Shown one piece after another: positions 37,287 to 47,135 of a stretch of DNA of 64,000 bases. Both the position numbers and the translations under genes were made by a program. Origin of the DNA: Oculatellaceae cyanobacterium bins.114. Its GTDB lineage: Bacteria; Cyanobacteriota; Cyanobacteriia; Elainellales; Elainellaceae. Where the stretch lies: assembly GCA_033764315.1 (NCBI GenBank), contig JANRJA010000191.1, positions 1-64,000 of the forward strand, given 5' to 3'. The notes under the pieces are model-generated. The model was not told the origin of the DNA, did not search any database, and saw only the letters and a program-made list of their open reading frames with translations. Numbering within the stretch: the first letter of the stretch is position 1; each line of letters opens with the position of its first letter.

Positions 37287-38231
37287 GTGAATAAGCCTGC
37301 GATTCACGTTGTTGTCGATGAGCCAGATATGTATGACTACAAAGCTCTTCTGGCTGAACTTGCACCGGAGGTAACACTGACCCTGTGTGAAGACCCAGCG
37401 GCTCCTCCTGCGGCGATCGCAGATGCCGAAATCTTGCTGACTTGGCGACCACATCCCCATGTGTTGCAAGGAATGCCCAAACTAAAGTGGATTCATTCCA
37501 CGGGTGCCGGAGTAGAAGCCATTTTGCAATCAGACTATTTTTCCCCCACGGTGACATTAACCCGCACCGGAAAAATGGCAGGTCGTTTGATGGCGGAATA
37601 TGTGCTCGGTTTCATTTTAGCAACCACCTTTCGCCTGCCATTTGTGGCAGCTAATCAGCAACACCATCGGTGGCAACCATTTAAGATTCATCCAGTACAA
37701 GGCAAATCTTGCACCATTTTGGGAATGGGAGAAATTGGGCAGGAAATCGCTGCCCTGTGTCAGGCGATCGCCCTCAATGTAACGGGTATCAATCGCACTG
37801 GAAGCTCAACTATAGAGAGCATTCCCACCTATTCTATAGAATTCCTCGATCAGGTATTACCTGTCACTGACATTTTAGTGGTGGTGGTTCCCCTGACTCC
37901 TGAAACTGAGGGAATGCTGGATGCCCGTCGATTAAACTTGCTGCCCGATCAAGCACTAATTATCAACGTCAGTCGTGGGCCTGTCATCGTAGAAGCCGAT
38001 TTAATTCAAGTCCTGAAAGAGCGATCGCTCACGGCGGTGTTGGATGTGTTTAATCAAGAACCACTTCCCCCTGATTCTCCTTTTTGGGACATGGACAACG
38101 TAATTGTTACACCGCATATTGCGGGTCCCTATGATCCAGAGTTTTGTACACAAGTATTTCTCGACAATTTGGAACGCTATCGGTTAGGACAAAAGATGAA
38201 TTACGTCGTTGATTATGCCAAAGGCTATTGA
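37287..38231 (+). CDS. D-2-hydroxyacid dehydrogenase (GhrA-like)
   Basis: GAGVE, GMGEIG, PLTPET, NVSRG, DVFNQEPLP, TPHIAG. Confidence 0.9.
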   Translation: MNKPAIHVVVDEPDMYDYKALLAELAPEVTLTLCEDPAAPPAAIADAEILLTWRPHPHVLQGMPKLKWIHSTGAGVEAILQSDYFSPTVTLTRTGKMAGRLMAEYVLGFILATTFRLPFVAANQQHHRWQPFKIHPVQGKSCTILGMGEIGQEIAALCQAIALNVTGINRTGSSTIESIPTYSIEFLDQVLPVTDILVVVVPLTPETEGMLDARRLNLLPDQALIINVSRGPVIVEADLIQVLKERSLTAVLDVFNQEPLPPDSPFWDMDNVIVTPHIAGPYDPEFCTQVFLDNLERYRLGQKMNYVVDYAKGY

Positions 38232-38273
38232 GTTTTGATTGGCTAAGACCCACTCTCTACAGGTAAATCTGCT

Positions 38274-39422
38274 ATGTTGACGCAAGAGAAAATACAACCC
38301 TCGGGTACAACTGTCGAAGCGTTTTTACAGAACTGGCGGCCTCAACGCATTGAAACAGCTTCTTCGTTTCCAGCACAGATGTATACGTCAGAATATGTGT
38401 ATCAACTGGAACAAGAACGAGTGTTTGGTAAACGCTGGCTTTATGTTGGAGATATTAGTCAACTTCCAGAGCCAGGTTCCTATTTCACCCTTGAGATTGC
38501 TCAACAACCCCTCTTGATCGTTAAAAATTTAGATGGACAACTGCGGGGATTTTTTAATGTCTGCCCCCACCGGGCAGGTCCTATTGCCCTTGATGCAGGT
38601 CAGTGTCATCGGTTTACGTGCCTCTATCACGCCTGGACATTTGACCTAAACGGTGAGTTAAAAGCCATGCCCCACATGGCCGATGCAGAAGCCCTCAACC
38701 CCGGCGAGTTTGGGCTTAAACCCATTCAAGTAGATACATGGGGTCCGTTTATTTTTATCAATCTTGACCCCCATGCAGAACCGCTAACTGAACAGTTGAG
38801 TCACTTAATTGAGCACTTTGATCGCTTTAATTTTTCTAAGCTTGCAAAGGTTAAAAGAATTGATTACGAAGCTAATGCAAACTGGAAATTGTACGTTGAG
38901 AATAGCTCTGAGAGTTATCACGTTGCAATGGTTCACCCCTCTCTGGATTTGTTTAAAGCACTCGATCGCTTTGAAGCAGATGTTCAACAACACTACTACA
39001 CCGAGTATTTTCCCTTCTTAGAAAACAGTGATGAGTTGCAAAAAGGATTTGCTCCGGGCCTATATATTGACGGGCTAAATGAGTGGGAAATGCAAGGAAC
39101 TTCAGTGACTGTGTTGTATCCCAATTTGATCCTGGTTACGTCTCCTAACTTTGTGCTGGCACGGATGGTAAATCCTCAAGGATTATCTAAAACCCATGTG
39201 CGGTTTGAGTGGTTTGTACCAAACACAGACGTAGCAAAATCTGATGCTAATGTCGCAGCAGTTGTCCAAATTTATGATCAGGTCGTTCGTGAGGATTTAG
39301 TCATGCTCGATCACGTTCAACAACGGGTGCGATCGCTCAGTTATACCCCCGGTCGGCTTTCTCCAGAGCTAGAAGTAGGCGTACATCGCTTTCAACATGC
39401 TTTGATGGAGTACATTCGCTAA
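38274..39422 (+). CDS. Rieske non-heme iron oxygenase alpha subunit (choline/carnitine/stachydrine monooxygenase-like)
   Basis: CPH...CLYH Rieske motif; NWKLYVENSSESYHVAMVH iron site with bridging Glu; REDLVM. Confidence 0.88.
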   Translation: MLTQEKIQPSGTTVEAFLQNWRPQRIETASSFPAQMYTSEYVYQLEQERVFGKRWLYVGDISQLPEPGSYFTLEIAQQPLLIVKNLDGQLRGFFNVCPHRAGPIALDAGQCHRFTCLYHAWTFDLNGELKAMPHMADAEALNPGEFGLKPIQVDTWGPFIFINLDPHAEPLTEQLSHLIEHFDRFNFSKLAKVKRIDYEANANWKLYVENSSESYHVAMVHPSLDLFKALDRFEADVQQHYYTEYFPFLENSDELQKGFAPGLYIDGLNEWEMQGTSVTVLYPNLILVTSPNFVLARMVNPQGLSKTHVRFEWFVPNTDVAKSDANVAAVVQIYDQVVREDLVMLDHVQQRVRSLSYTPGRLSPELEVGVHRFQHALMEYIR

Positions 39423-39638
39423 GCGAGCAAGACGGTTTGTATCAATAAACACCGAACTAAGATAGTATTCCTGATTTAAGTATCTTCATTACTCACATTC
39501 AAATTTGCTTCTCTGTCTAAGTTTCAGGATACTAAGTGTTGAATAACTTGGATCGGCGATCGCCAACACCCTGTATCCAATAACACGCTACTTGAATAAG
39601 TACCCATATTCATCTGTATCTCAAGGAGTCTTACCCTA

Positions 39639-40511
39639 ATGATTAGTCGTCTGCGAGGAATGCGCTGGCTTCCTAAAACCCTCAGTCTTGTTTTTCTGAT
39701 GCTGTTGACGTGCTTTGTTGCCGTCGCTTGTAGTTCTTCTTCCACTTCAGATAGCGGATTTCCAGCGGAACTCACCTTTGCCACTGAAGATGATTACCCA
39801 CCCTTTGACTTCCAACAAGATGGCAAGCACGTAGGGTACAACCAGGACATGCTTGATCTCGTTGCTGCTAATGCACCCTTCACCATCAAACAGGAAATTA
39901 TTCCCTGGCAGGGCGTTTTAGCAGGTATTGCTTCTGGCAAATATGCCGCCAGTAATGCAGTGGCATCCGTGTTAGAAGAGCGTCTGGATGCGGTCAATTT
40001 CACTATGCCCACCACCGAATTAACCAACTATTTCTTGAAGCGTAAAGGCGATGACTCGATTAAAGCGATCGCCGACTTTGCAGGTAAGAACATCGGTGTA
40101 CAGCAAGGTGGAGCAACAGCCGTCATGGTGGATGAAATCATTCGCCCTGAGTTGGCAAAAACTGGGCAAGACGTGGGCAATGTCGCAGAATATGGAGCGT
40201 TTGCAGAAGCCTATCAAGATCTAGAAAACAAACGGATTGATATTGTGATCAACAACGTTGTAGCGTTGTCACAACTCGTTAAAGAGAAAGGCGATATTTA
40301 CGAAATTGGGACTCAGATTGGTCCAACCATTTACGCTGGATGGACTGTTAGTAAGAACAATCCGCAATTGCTGGAGTTTCTTAATACAGAACTCGGTAAG
40401 CTCAAAGCCAGCGGCAAGATGAAGGAACTACAAGAGAAATGGTTAGGTATTGCATTTGACCTCCCCGATGAACCTCAACTGCCTGGAGGCGTACCCATTC
40501 CCGCATCATAA
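39639..40511 (+). CDS. Polar amino acid ABC transporter substrate-binding lipoprotein
   Basis: Lipobox VAVAC; EDDYPPFDF; SBP_bac_3-type motifs. Confidence 0.9.
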   Translation: MISRLRGMRWLPKTLSLVFLMLLTCFVAVACSSSSTSDSGFPAELTFATEDDYPPFDFQQDGKHVGYNQDMLDLVAANAPFTIKQEIIPWQGVLAGIASGKYAASNAVASVLEERLDAVNFTMPTTELTNYFLKRKGDDSIKAIADFAGKNIGVQQGGATAVMVDEIIRPELAKTGQDVGNVAEYGAFAEAYQDLENKRIDIVINNVVALSQLVKEKGDIYEIGTQIGPTIYAGWTVSKNNPQLLEFLNTELGKLKASGKMKELQEKWLGIAFDLPDEPQLPGGVPIPAS

Positions 40512-40587
40512 CTTGTCCTATTGCCTCCCCTTCTCCTCAATCAGGAGGAGGGGTTGGGTCATCAGGAGATTTTTTTCCTAATCAGGT

Positions 40588-41241
40588 TTGGAGATTAACG
40601 TGACAGAACTGCTTCTGTTTCTGCAAAGTGCCCTTATTACCCTGTTGGTTTCTGTAGCAGGATGTTTAATTGGAATTCCACTAGGGTTGGCGATCGCCGT
40701 TGGCCGGGTGAGAAAAATTCTCGTCCTAACACCGTTTTTGGCAGTCTATGTCAGTTTTATTCGCAGTTTGCCACTAGTGCTGTTTGTTATGTTGTTTTAT
40801 TTTGGTTTACCGATTCTCGGTGTTAACCTCAACCCCTATGTCGCTGGTGTTTTGGCTCTGGCATTGAACAATGCTGCTTTCTCTAGCGAGATTTGGCGAG
40901 GGGCGATCGTTGACTTTTCGGTAGAGCAGGTAGATGCGGCTAGAGCCTTTGGCATGACCCAACAGCAGACTTTTTGGCGCGTTATGTTGCCACAAGTCTG
41001 GCGAGCCAGCATTCCCCCTATCACAAGCGAAGTCACCTTACTGCTTAAAGCCAGTCCTGCTGTTGGCATTATCGGCATTAATGAGCTGACTCGCCGTGCC
41101 AGTGCTTTAGCTGCCAGCAATTATGAACCCTTGAGAATGTTGCTCACAGCCACTCTCTTATACATGATTGTGATTCTGGCAATCACTCAAGTCGGTCGTC
41201 GTGTCGAACACCACTTCCATAGCCAATACGAACTTGTATAG
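40588..41241 (+). CDS. Amino acid ABC transporter permease
   Basis: FIRSLP, EIWRGAI, QVDAARAFGM (HisM/GlnP type). Confidence 0.9.
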   Translation: MEINVTELLLFLQSALITLLVSVAGCLIGIPLGLAIAVGRVRKILVLTPFLAVYVSFIRSLPLVLFVMLFYFGLPILGVNLNPYVAGVLALALNNAAFSSEIWRGAIVDFSVEQVDAARAFGMTQQQTFWRVMLPQVWRASIPPITSEVTLLLKASPAVGIIGINELTRRASALAASNYEPLRMLLTATLLYMIVILAITQVGRRVEHHFHSQYELV

Positions 41242-41243
41242 CC

Positions 41244-41906
41244 ATGAATTTCCGGTTTGAAGTCATTTGGGAACAACTCCCTGCCTTTGGAGAAGGACTC
41301 TGGAACACAATCTGGATTTGTGTATTGGGAATGATCCTATCCATGATCACAGGAATTCTATTCCTGCTACCACTACTATCGCGCCGTGCCATTTTGCGAG
41401 TTCCTGCAAAGATCTTTGTAGAGGCAGGACGGGCTATCCCAATTCTGATGCTGATCTACCTGGTGTTTTATGGGCTGCCTGTGTTTGGGATTACCCTCAC
41501 TAGTTGGACAACGGCAATTTTGTCTCTAGTGCTATACAACACGGCTTACATTGCAGAAATCTTGCATTCTGCCTGGGTCAATCTTCCCAATGGACAAATT
41601 GAAGCAGGTCGCGCCTTTGGATATAACGGATTCAAGTTATTACGTCGAATTGTATTACCGCAAATTTTAATCTCTGCATCTCCTGTATTAGGTAATCAAT
41701 TTATTCAAGTCATTAAAGACTCTGCATTCCTTGCTGTGATTACAGTTCCAGAGTTAACTCAAGCAGCTAGACGAGTTCAGGCAGATTATTTTGTACCCTT
41801 TGAGTCTTTTATTTTCGCGGCATTGTTGTATTGGGTGTTATGTCTAGTGGTTGAAGCTGGTGTTAAGCAAGTTGAACAGATGAGGGCTGTATATGCTAGA
41901 GCTTGA
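41244..41906 (+). CDS. Amino acid ABC transporter permease
   Basis: GQIEAGRAFG, IKDSAFL. Confidence 0.9.
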   Translation: MNFRFEVIWEQLPAFGEGLWNTIWICVLGMILSMITGILFLLPLLSRRAILRVPAKIFVEAGRAIPILMLIYLVFYGLPVFGITLTSWTTAILSLVLYNTAYIAEILHSAWVNLPNGQIEAGRAFGYNGFKLLRRIVLPQILISASPVLGNQFIQVIKDSAFLAVITVPELTQAARRVQADYFVPFESFIFAALLYWVLCLVVEAGVKQVEQMRAVYARA

Positions 41907-42684
41907 GCGAAATACAGAGACAGTACCGGCTGTCCGACTAATGCAGTTGTCTAAGAAATATGGCAAGCATGAAGTGCTAAAAGAGATTGATCTAACCGTT
42001 GTTTCAGGAGAAACAGTCTGTCTTTTGGGACCAAGTGGATCAGGTAAATCAACTCTGTTACGCTGCATCAACTTTCTAGAAACAACTGATTTCGGTGAAA
42101 TTCATCTACACGGCACCTATGTCGCTTGTGGACGCATGGCAGGGCGATCGGCGTTGCCAGAGGCAGAACTGGCAAAGTTACGCACCCGTGTCAGCATGGT
42201 GTTTCAACACTTCAATCTATGGCCTCATATGACGGTCTTAGGAAACATTATCGAAGCTCCAATTCATGTACAAAAACGTCCTCGAGCTGAGGTGATTACA
42301 GAGGCAGAAGCTCTGCTCGATAAAGTTGGCTTGCTCAATAAACGAGATGTTTATCCCTCTCGCTTATCCGGTGGACAAAAGCAACGGGTGGGCATCGCCC
42401 GTGCCTTGGCAATGAAGTCAGAGGTGATTTTATTAGATGAACCCACCAGTTCCCTTGATCCAGAATTAGTGGGAGAAGTGTTATCGGTCATTCAACAACT
42501 GGCTCAAGAAGGGATGACCATGATTATTGCCACCCACGAAATGGACTTTGCTCATGAGGTTGCTAATCGGATCGTCTTCTTAGATGGTGGACGTATTATC
42601 GAAGAAGCCGATCCAAAAACCTTCTTTAAACATCCTTCGACAGAACGTGCAAAACAATTTTTAGAGCGATACGTAAGACATTGA
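41893..42684 (+). CDS. Amino acid ABC transporter ATP-binding protein
   Basis: GPSGSGKST, LSGGQKQR, LLDEPTSSLDPE. Confidence 0.93.
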   Translation: MLELERNTETVPAVRLMQLSKKYGKHEVLKEIDLTVVSGETVCLLGPSGSGKSTLLRCINFLETTDFGEIHLHGTYVACGRMAGRSALPEAELAKLRTRVSMVFQHFNLWPHMTVLGNIIEAPIHVQKRPRAEVITEAEALLDKVGLLNKRDVYPSRLSGGQKQRVGIARALAMKSEVILLDEPTSSLDPELVGEVLSVIQQLAQEGMTMIIATHEMDFAHEVANRIVFLDGGRIIEEADPKTFFKHPSTERAKQFLERYVRH

Positions 42685-42891
42685 GTATCACCTTAGTTTC
42701 AAAATTTAAATCTAGTCCTTCTTAAGAGGGTATTGCTGAATACAGGTATGATTCACGGACGTTGATCTTGACAGCAGAGGCGTTTCACAAAACATCCTGA
42801 CGAAATTCATACATTCGATCAATAACCTCTAAAAGAGCGACAGATCTAGTTTAGAAATTTGCTTAGTTTTACAGTGTTAGGAGTTAGGGTT

Positions 42892-43524
42892 ATGAGTGAA
42901 ACACTGAGCGTGCCTCAGATTGAAGGAACTGTTCTTTTAGATGAAATTGTGCAACCAGGAGAACCTTGGGGAAAAGTTATTAGTAAAGGGCAGATCCTCA
43001 GAATCATTGATTTAGAAGGGTGTCAGGCTGTCGATTTTCTCTGTTACAATGCTGCCAATTCAGCTGAACGGTATAACGCAGCTGACACCATGAAGATTCA
43101 GGGAAATATTTGTCTGCACAAAGGCACAAAGTTATATTCTGGTTTGGGGAACGTGTTGTTCACCGTTTTAGAAGACACCTGCGGTAACCATGACACGATC
43201 GCCGGATGTTGTAGTGCCGAGAGTAACTTTGTGCGTTATGGCAAATTAAATACTCCCAACTGTCGCGATAACTTTCTCAAAATTTTGGGAGAGTTTGGTT
43301 TGGGAATGAAAGATATTGTCTCAAATGTCAACTTTTTTATGAATGTGCCAGTTCTATCAGACGGCAGTATGGCCGTGTCTGATGGAGTGTCAAGCCCCGG
43401 TGATTATGTTGATCTGCTAGCAGAAATGGATGTGTTAGCGGTTATCTCCAACTGCCCTCAGATTTACAACCCCGCGAATGGATTTAACCCAACTCCTATT
43501 CGTGTCATCATTTGGCAACCTTAA
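42892..43524 (+). CDS. DUF1989 protein (urea-amidolyase-associated / CgdB-like)
   Basis: GCQAVDFLCYN, HDTIAGCCS, NCRDNF, NFFMNVP, SNCPQIYNPANGFNPTPI; RBS AGGAG before ATG 42892. Confidence 0.9.
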   Translation: MSETLSVPQIEGTVLLDEIVQPGEPWGKVISKGQILRIIDLEGCQAVDFLCYNAANSAERYNAADTMKIQGNICLHKGTKLYSGLGNVLFTVLEDTCGNHDTIAGCCSAESNFVRYGKLNTPNCRDNFLKILGEFGLGMKDIVSNVNFFMNVPVLSDGSMAVSDGVSSPGDYVDLLAEMDVLAVISNCPQIYNPANGFNPTPIRVIIWQP

Positions 43525-43538
43525 CACCTACCTGTTAC

Positions 43539-43596
43539 AGACGCGATGAATCGCGTCTCTTCTACACCCTACACAGACGTGATGAATCGCGTCTCT
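43539..43596. repeat. Two copies of the palindrome AGACG(C/T)GATGAATCGCGTCT, 36 bp apart
   Basis: Copies at 43539-43560 and 43575-43596; related sequence near 27831-27849. Confidence 0.75.
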
Positions 43597-43612
43597 GCCA
43601 CCCCTCTTAATT

Positions 43613-44170
43613 ATGAAAACTGTTAACTTCACTCGCATGGATCAAGGGACTGCTGCCGATTGGCAATTGTTAGATCAAGCCGACCATGCTCTGATGCCAA
43701 TGATTGTTGAAAATGTGTTGGGTTTGTTGAAAAACTTACAAGGATTTGAAACCGCCTTTCAAATCGATCGCTTTCAACATTCACTGCAAACGGCAACTCG
43801 TGCTTATCGGGATGGGGCAGATGAAGAAGCGGTTGTAGTGGCATTATTACATGACATAGGCGACACCCTCGCCATTGACAATCACTCTGAATTGGCCGCT
43901 GCTATTCTGCGCCCTTACGTATCTGAAAACCATTATTGGCTGGTCAAACATCACGGTTTATTCCAGGGTTATTATTACTTCCAGTTTTATGGGCGCGATC
44001 GCAACGAGCGAGATCGATTTCGAGCTCATCCAGCCTACCAAATGACTGTTGATTTCTGTGAGAACTGGGATCAGCGATCGTTTGATCCAGACTACGATAC
44101 ACTGCCTCTTGAGTTCTTTGAACCGATGGTGCGTCGTATTTTTGCCCATCCATCTCAGCGAGCGGTTTAG
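43613..44170 (+). CDS. HD-domain protein, PhnZ/TmpB-like
   Basis: HSLQTA, LLHDIGD, NHS, KHHG and WDQ metal-ligand pattern. Confidence 0.82.
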   Translation: MKTVNFTRMDQGTAADWQLLDQADHALMPMIVENVLGLLKNLQGFETAFQIDRFQHSLQTATRAYRDGADEEAVVVALLHDIGDTLAIDNHSELAAAILRPYVSENHYWLVKHHGLFQGYYYFQFYGRDRNERDRFRAHPAYQMTVDFCENWDQRSFDPDYDTLPLEFFEPMVRRIFAHPSQRAV

Positions 44171-44175
44171 AATAT

Positions 44176-44586
44176 CTAGTTGCCACAATAGACAATTAAA
44201 TCAATCTCAAGAGCGCATTGATCCGCTAACCCTGTGACCCCCACTGTCGTACGGCAAGGCAGGCGATCGCGCGTCAAATAAGACGTATAAACAGCATTAA
44301 CCGCCTCGTAATCTCGAAAGTCTATCAAAAAAATCCGCGCCATCACGACTCGATCAAATCCTGTACCTGCCTCAGTCAAAATCGTCTTCAAATTTTCCAT
44401 CACACTTTTTGTCTGCTCTGCAATGGACAAACGATTGTTTCCACTCCATGAAATATCTTCAGCAGGATAGAGACAATCACTAGCCACTTGCCCACTCACA
44501 AATAAAAAGTCACCTGCTCGAACTGCATGAGAGAACGGTAAATTAACAGAATCTAGATCATGGCGTAGCGAAATATGTTGAAACAT
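44176..44586 (-). CDS. RidA/YjgF family protein
   Basis: PFSHAVRAGDFLFVSGQ, PCRTTVGV, EIDLI. Confidence 0.9.
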   Translation of the reverse strand: MFQHISLRHDLDSVNLPFSHAVRAGDFLFVSGQVASDCLYPAEDISWSGNNRLSIAEQTKSVMENLKTILTEAGTGFDRVVMARIFLIDFRDYEAVNAVYTSYLTRDRLPCRTTVGVTGLADQCALEIDLIVYCGN

Positions 44587-44596
44587 AGAGAGATAC

Positions 44597-44665
44597 TATA
44601 GTAGTCCTAAATAGTAGTCTTAAAGCAGTTGTGAGATGGGTGGGGTGTGAGAGTAGTCCTAATTA
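44597..44665. mobile_element. Degenerate MITE family B copy
   Basis: TATAGTAGTCCTAAAT...TTGTGAGATGGG...TGTGAGAG matches the internal sequence of family B. Confidence 0.5.
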
Positions 44666-44710
44666 TTTTCAACAGTCTTATGAATTCAGGTTTATTATCT
44701 TGGTACAAGT

Positions 44711-45424
44711 GTGGATGAACTAATAATTAGTTCTATTGTGATGCTGGCAGCGATCGCTCAAAGTTTTACAGGATTTGGCTTTTCTTTAGTAGCAATAGCC
44801 TTATTACCCAGTGTCATCAGCATCAAACTTGCAGTCCCATTTGTAGCATTATTTTCAGCTATCAGCAATGGTACGTTGTGGTTCTATCATCGACATCATT
44901 TTGATCACATTGTTGTTCTTCAATTATCTATCGCGGCTATTATGGCAATGCCACTTGGCATTGTCGTATTACACTATATTTCTGACAAAACAGCCCTTCA
45001 GAGCTTAGGAATTTTACTGATTAGTTATGTTATTTACAACTACTTCCACTTCAAATTACCCAATCTAAAATCTCCTCAATGGGTCTATATTTTTGGTGGT
45101 TTATCAGGTTTTTTAACGGGAGCCTATAACACAGGAGGACCACCCGCTGTCATTTATGGAACTTGCAAACACTGGACTCCAGAAGAGTTTAAGGGGAACT
45201 TGCCCTGCTTTTTCTTGATCAGCTCTACGGTTGCGATCGCGGGTCATGCATTTCAAGGCAATTTAAGCGTCACTATTTGGACGCTGGCTCTCGTTTCAAT
45301 CCCTGGATTTTTGCTTGGCTTGGCGATCGGAACTCTGATATCCAATCACCTAAAACCATCTCTATTTAAACATGTTGTTTTAGGGCTATTACTACTCATG
45401 GGTCTCCGTTTAATCAGCCGATAG
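44711..45424 (+). CDS. TauE/SafE family exporter
   Basis: QSFTGFGFSLVA, GAYNTGGPP; about 8 TM. Confidence 0.88.
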   Translation: MDELIISSIVMLAAIAQSFTGFGFSLVAIALLPSVISIKLAVPFVALFSAISNGTLWFYHRHHFDHIVVLQLSIAAIMAMPLGIVVLHYISDKTALQSLGILLISYVIYNYFHFKLPNLKSPQWVYIFGGLSGFLTGAYNTGGPPAVIYGTCKHWTPEEFKGNLPCFFLISSTVAIAGHAFQGNLSVTIWTLALVSIPGFLLGLAIGTLISNHLKPSLFKHVVLGLLLLMGLRLISR

Positions 45425-45504
45425 AGTTTTCTCAAACCCTAACAAAACCATCTCGATCGAGGCAAGATGTACCCATGAGTAGTGACCCATCACCAGTACC
45501 AAAC

Positions 45505-46302
45505 TCAAACCACTTTTGTCACATCTGGAAATTCTGTTCTGACTGCTTTTGCAATTAGCGTCGTGAAGTCATTTAACATCAGTTCACCCTTTTCTGAATT
45601 TGCTTTTTTGGCAGACGACAACACTCCACTAGAAGGAACCCAGTGGGTGTGGGTCGGGAAGTGGTCATAGCAAGGAAAATCAGCCGGAGGTTCGTCAGGA
45701 ATGAGCTGAGGTTTTACTTTATCAGGATGCATCGCCATCATGCAGGAGGTTTCCATAATGGCGGCGTGTTCCAGTGCCCAACTGGTAAAGTCTTTACCAA
45801 AGACAGTATCTACCGTTTCTGGATCAATGAAATCCCAATAATCTAAGCGCATGATGCGCGTATTGGCGTCGCCCCGTTCTCGCATGAATAGTTCAATGCC
45901 TTCTGTCAAAAACCAGGTATTTTCAAAATGCCCATTAAGCACCACAATATGCCGCGCTCCGTGACGGTTGAATTCGCGCAACAGATCACACATCATTAGG
46001 CTGAGGGTATGCCCATCCAGGCTGGTGGTTCCTGGAAAGTGATTGCCCCCACCCGATCGCGGCATAGACTTGTAGCCATAACTAATCGGATGCGCCACCA
46101 TCGCGCCCAACTTACGGGCAGCCAACGCGCTCACCCCTTGTGACATATACATATCTGTGCCTAGAGGCAAATGGGGACCATGTTGTTCAATAGAGCCAAC
46201 CGGGATAAAGATGACATTGCCCTGCTGAACGCGATCGCGATACTCCATCCACGACAAACATTCCATCAACACATCGGCATGATTATCAACAAAGTGATCC
46301 AT
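45505..46302 (-). CDS. crnA: Creatininase (creatinine amidohydrolase)
   Basis: EQHGPH, YGYKSMPRSGGGNHFPGTTSLDG, NGHFEN, YWDF, EHA..ETS, LSSAK...EKGEL closely track Pseudomonas putida creatininase as I recall it. Confidence 0.88.
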   Translation of the reverse strand: MDHFVDNHADVLMECLSWMEYRDRVQQGNVIFIPVGSIEQHGPHLPLGTDMYMSQGVSALAARKLGAMVAHPISYGYKSMPRSGGGNHFPGTTSLDGHTLSLMMCDLLREFNRHGARHIVVLNGHFENTWFLTEGIELFMRERGDANTRIMRLDYWDFIDPETVDTVFGKDFTSWALEHAAIMETSCMMAMHPDKVKPQLIPDEPPADFPCYDHFPTHTHWVPSSGVLSSAKKANSEKGELMLNDFTTLIAKAVRTEFPDVTKVV

Positions 46303-46313
46303 GATGTACCTAA

Positions 46314-47135
46314 TTACCTTTTTTGATTGAGCAGCAGTGGAATCAGTAAAAACTCCACGCCAATTAACAACAACGCAGAAATCGCAAACACAATAGTTCC
46401 GATCGCATTTAAAGATGGACTCAGGTTTGCACCGAGAAATGTGTAAATTGCAACGGGTAAAGTTTGTTCAAAACCAGAGACAAACCAGGCAATCACAAAC
46501 TCATCAAACGAAAAAGTGAACGCCAGCAGCCACGCTCCAGCAATACCTGGAATTGCCCAGGGTAAGACAATGCGATATAACGCCTGCCATTCTGTTGCCC
46601 CTAGATTCCAAGCTGCTGCTTCCAGATCACGGGGCATCTGCGCCAATCGTAAAGTAATCAGGGCGATCGCCGTTGGAATCAGAATCACCACATGGGTAAT
46701 CAAAACGCTGTATAACTGTCCTTGCAGATTGACGCGAGATAACAAACCGAGAAAAGCAACTCCCAGAATTAAAGGCGGTACCAGAATCGGAATCAGAAAT
46801 AATAGCGAAAGCAAACTCTTGCCAGGAAAGGTAAAGCGATTCAGCACATAGGCCGCAAAAAAGCCCATCACGGTGGCGATCGTTGCTGCTAGAGGAGACA
46901 CGATCAAGCTATTTTTTAGCGACAGCAGCAAGCGTCCATCGCTAAATAACTCTTGATACCAACTCCAGGTCCAACCTGTCCAGGGAATGGTGGCGAAGCG
47001 AGAATTTTCAAAGGAAAAGGCAATCAGAGTGAAGATGGGCAGCAATAGAAATACAAACACCAACCCCAGATAAATCCAGCTTGCGATCGCCAATCCATAG
47101 TCAGCGGGTTGTTTTGCCTGAGTCGTCATGGTCAC
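46314..47135 (-). CDS. PotC-like ABC permease
   Basis: LEAAAWNLGA, FTFSFDEF, TLPVAIY. Confidence 0.9.
   Translation of the reverse strand: MTMTTQAKQPADYGLAIASWIYLGLVFVFLLLPIFTLIAFSFENSRFATIPWTGWTWSWYQELFSDGRLLLSLKNSLIVSPLAATIATVMGFFAAYVLNRFTFPGKSLLSLLFLIPILVPPLILGVAFLGLLSRVNLQGQLYSVLITHVVILIPTAIALITLRLAQMPRDLEAAAWNLGATEWQALYRIVLPWAIPGIAGAWLLAFTFSFDEFVIAWFVSGFEQTLPVAIYTFLGANLSPSLNAIGTIVFAISALLLIGVEFLLIPLLLNQKR

Noticed and set aside
39480-39586. NtcA-like boxes upstream of the amino-acid binding protein
   Set aside because: One has N7 spacing; the other (GTA-N8-CAC) lacks a correctly spaced TAN3T.
34138-42891. Guanidine riboswitch upstream of the DUF1989 or ABC genes
   Set aside because: No AGGGTTCCG / GGGATAAAAGCCC core or paired ACGR hairpins seen by eye; Infernal would be needed to exclude divergent copies.
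43539-43596. Possible mini-CRISPR (two palindromic repeats)
   Set aside because: Only two 22-bp units with a 14-bp gap and no cas genes; it fits a REP-type palindrome.
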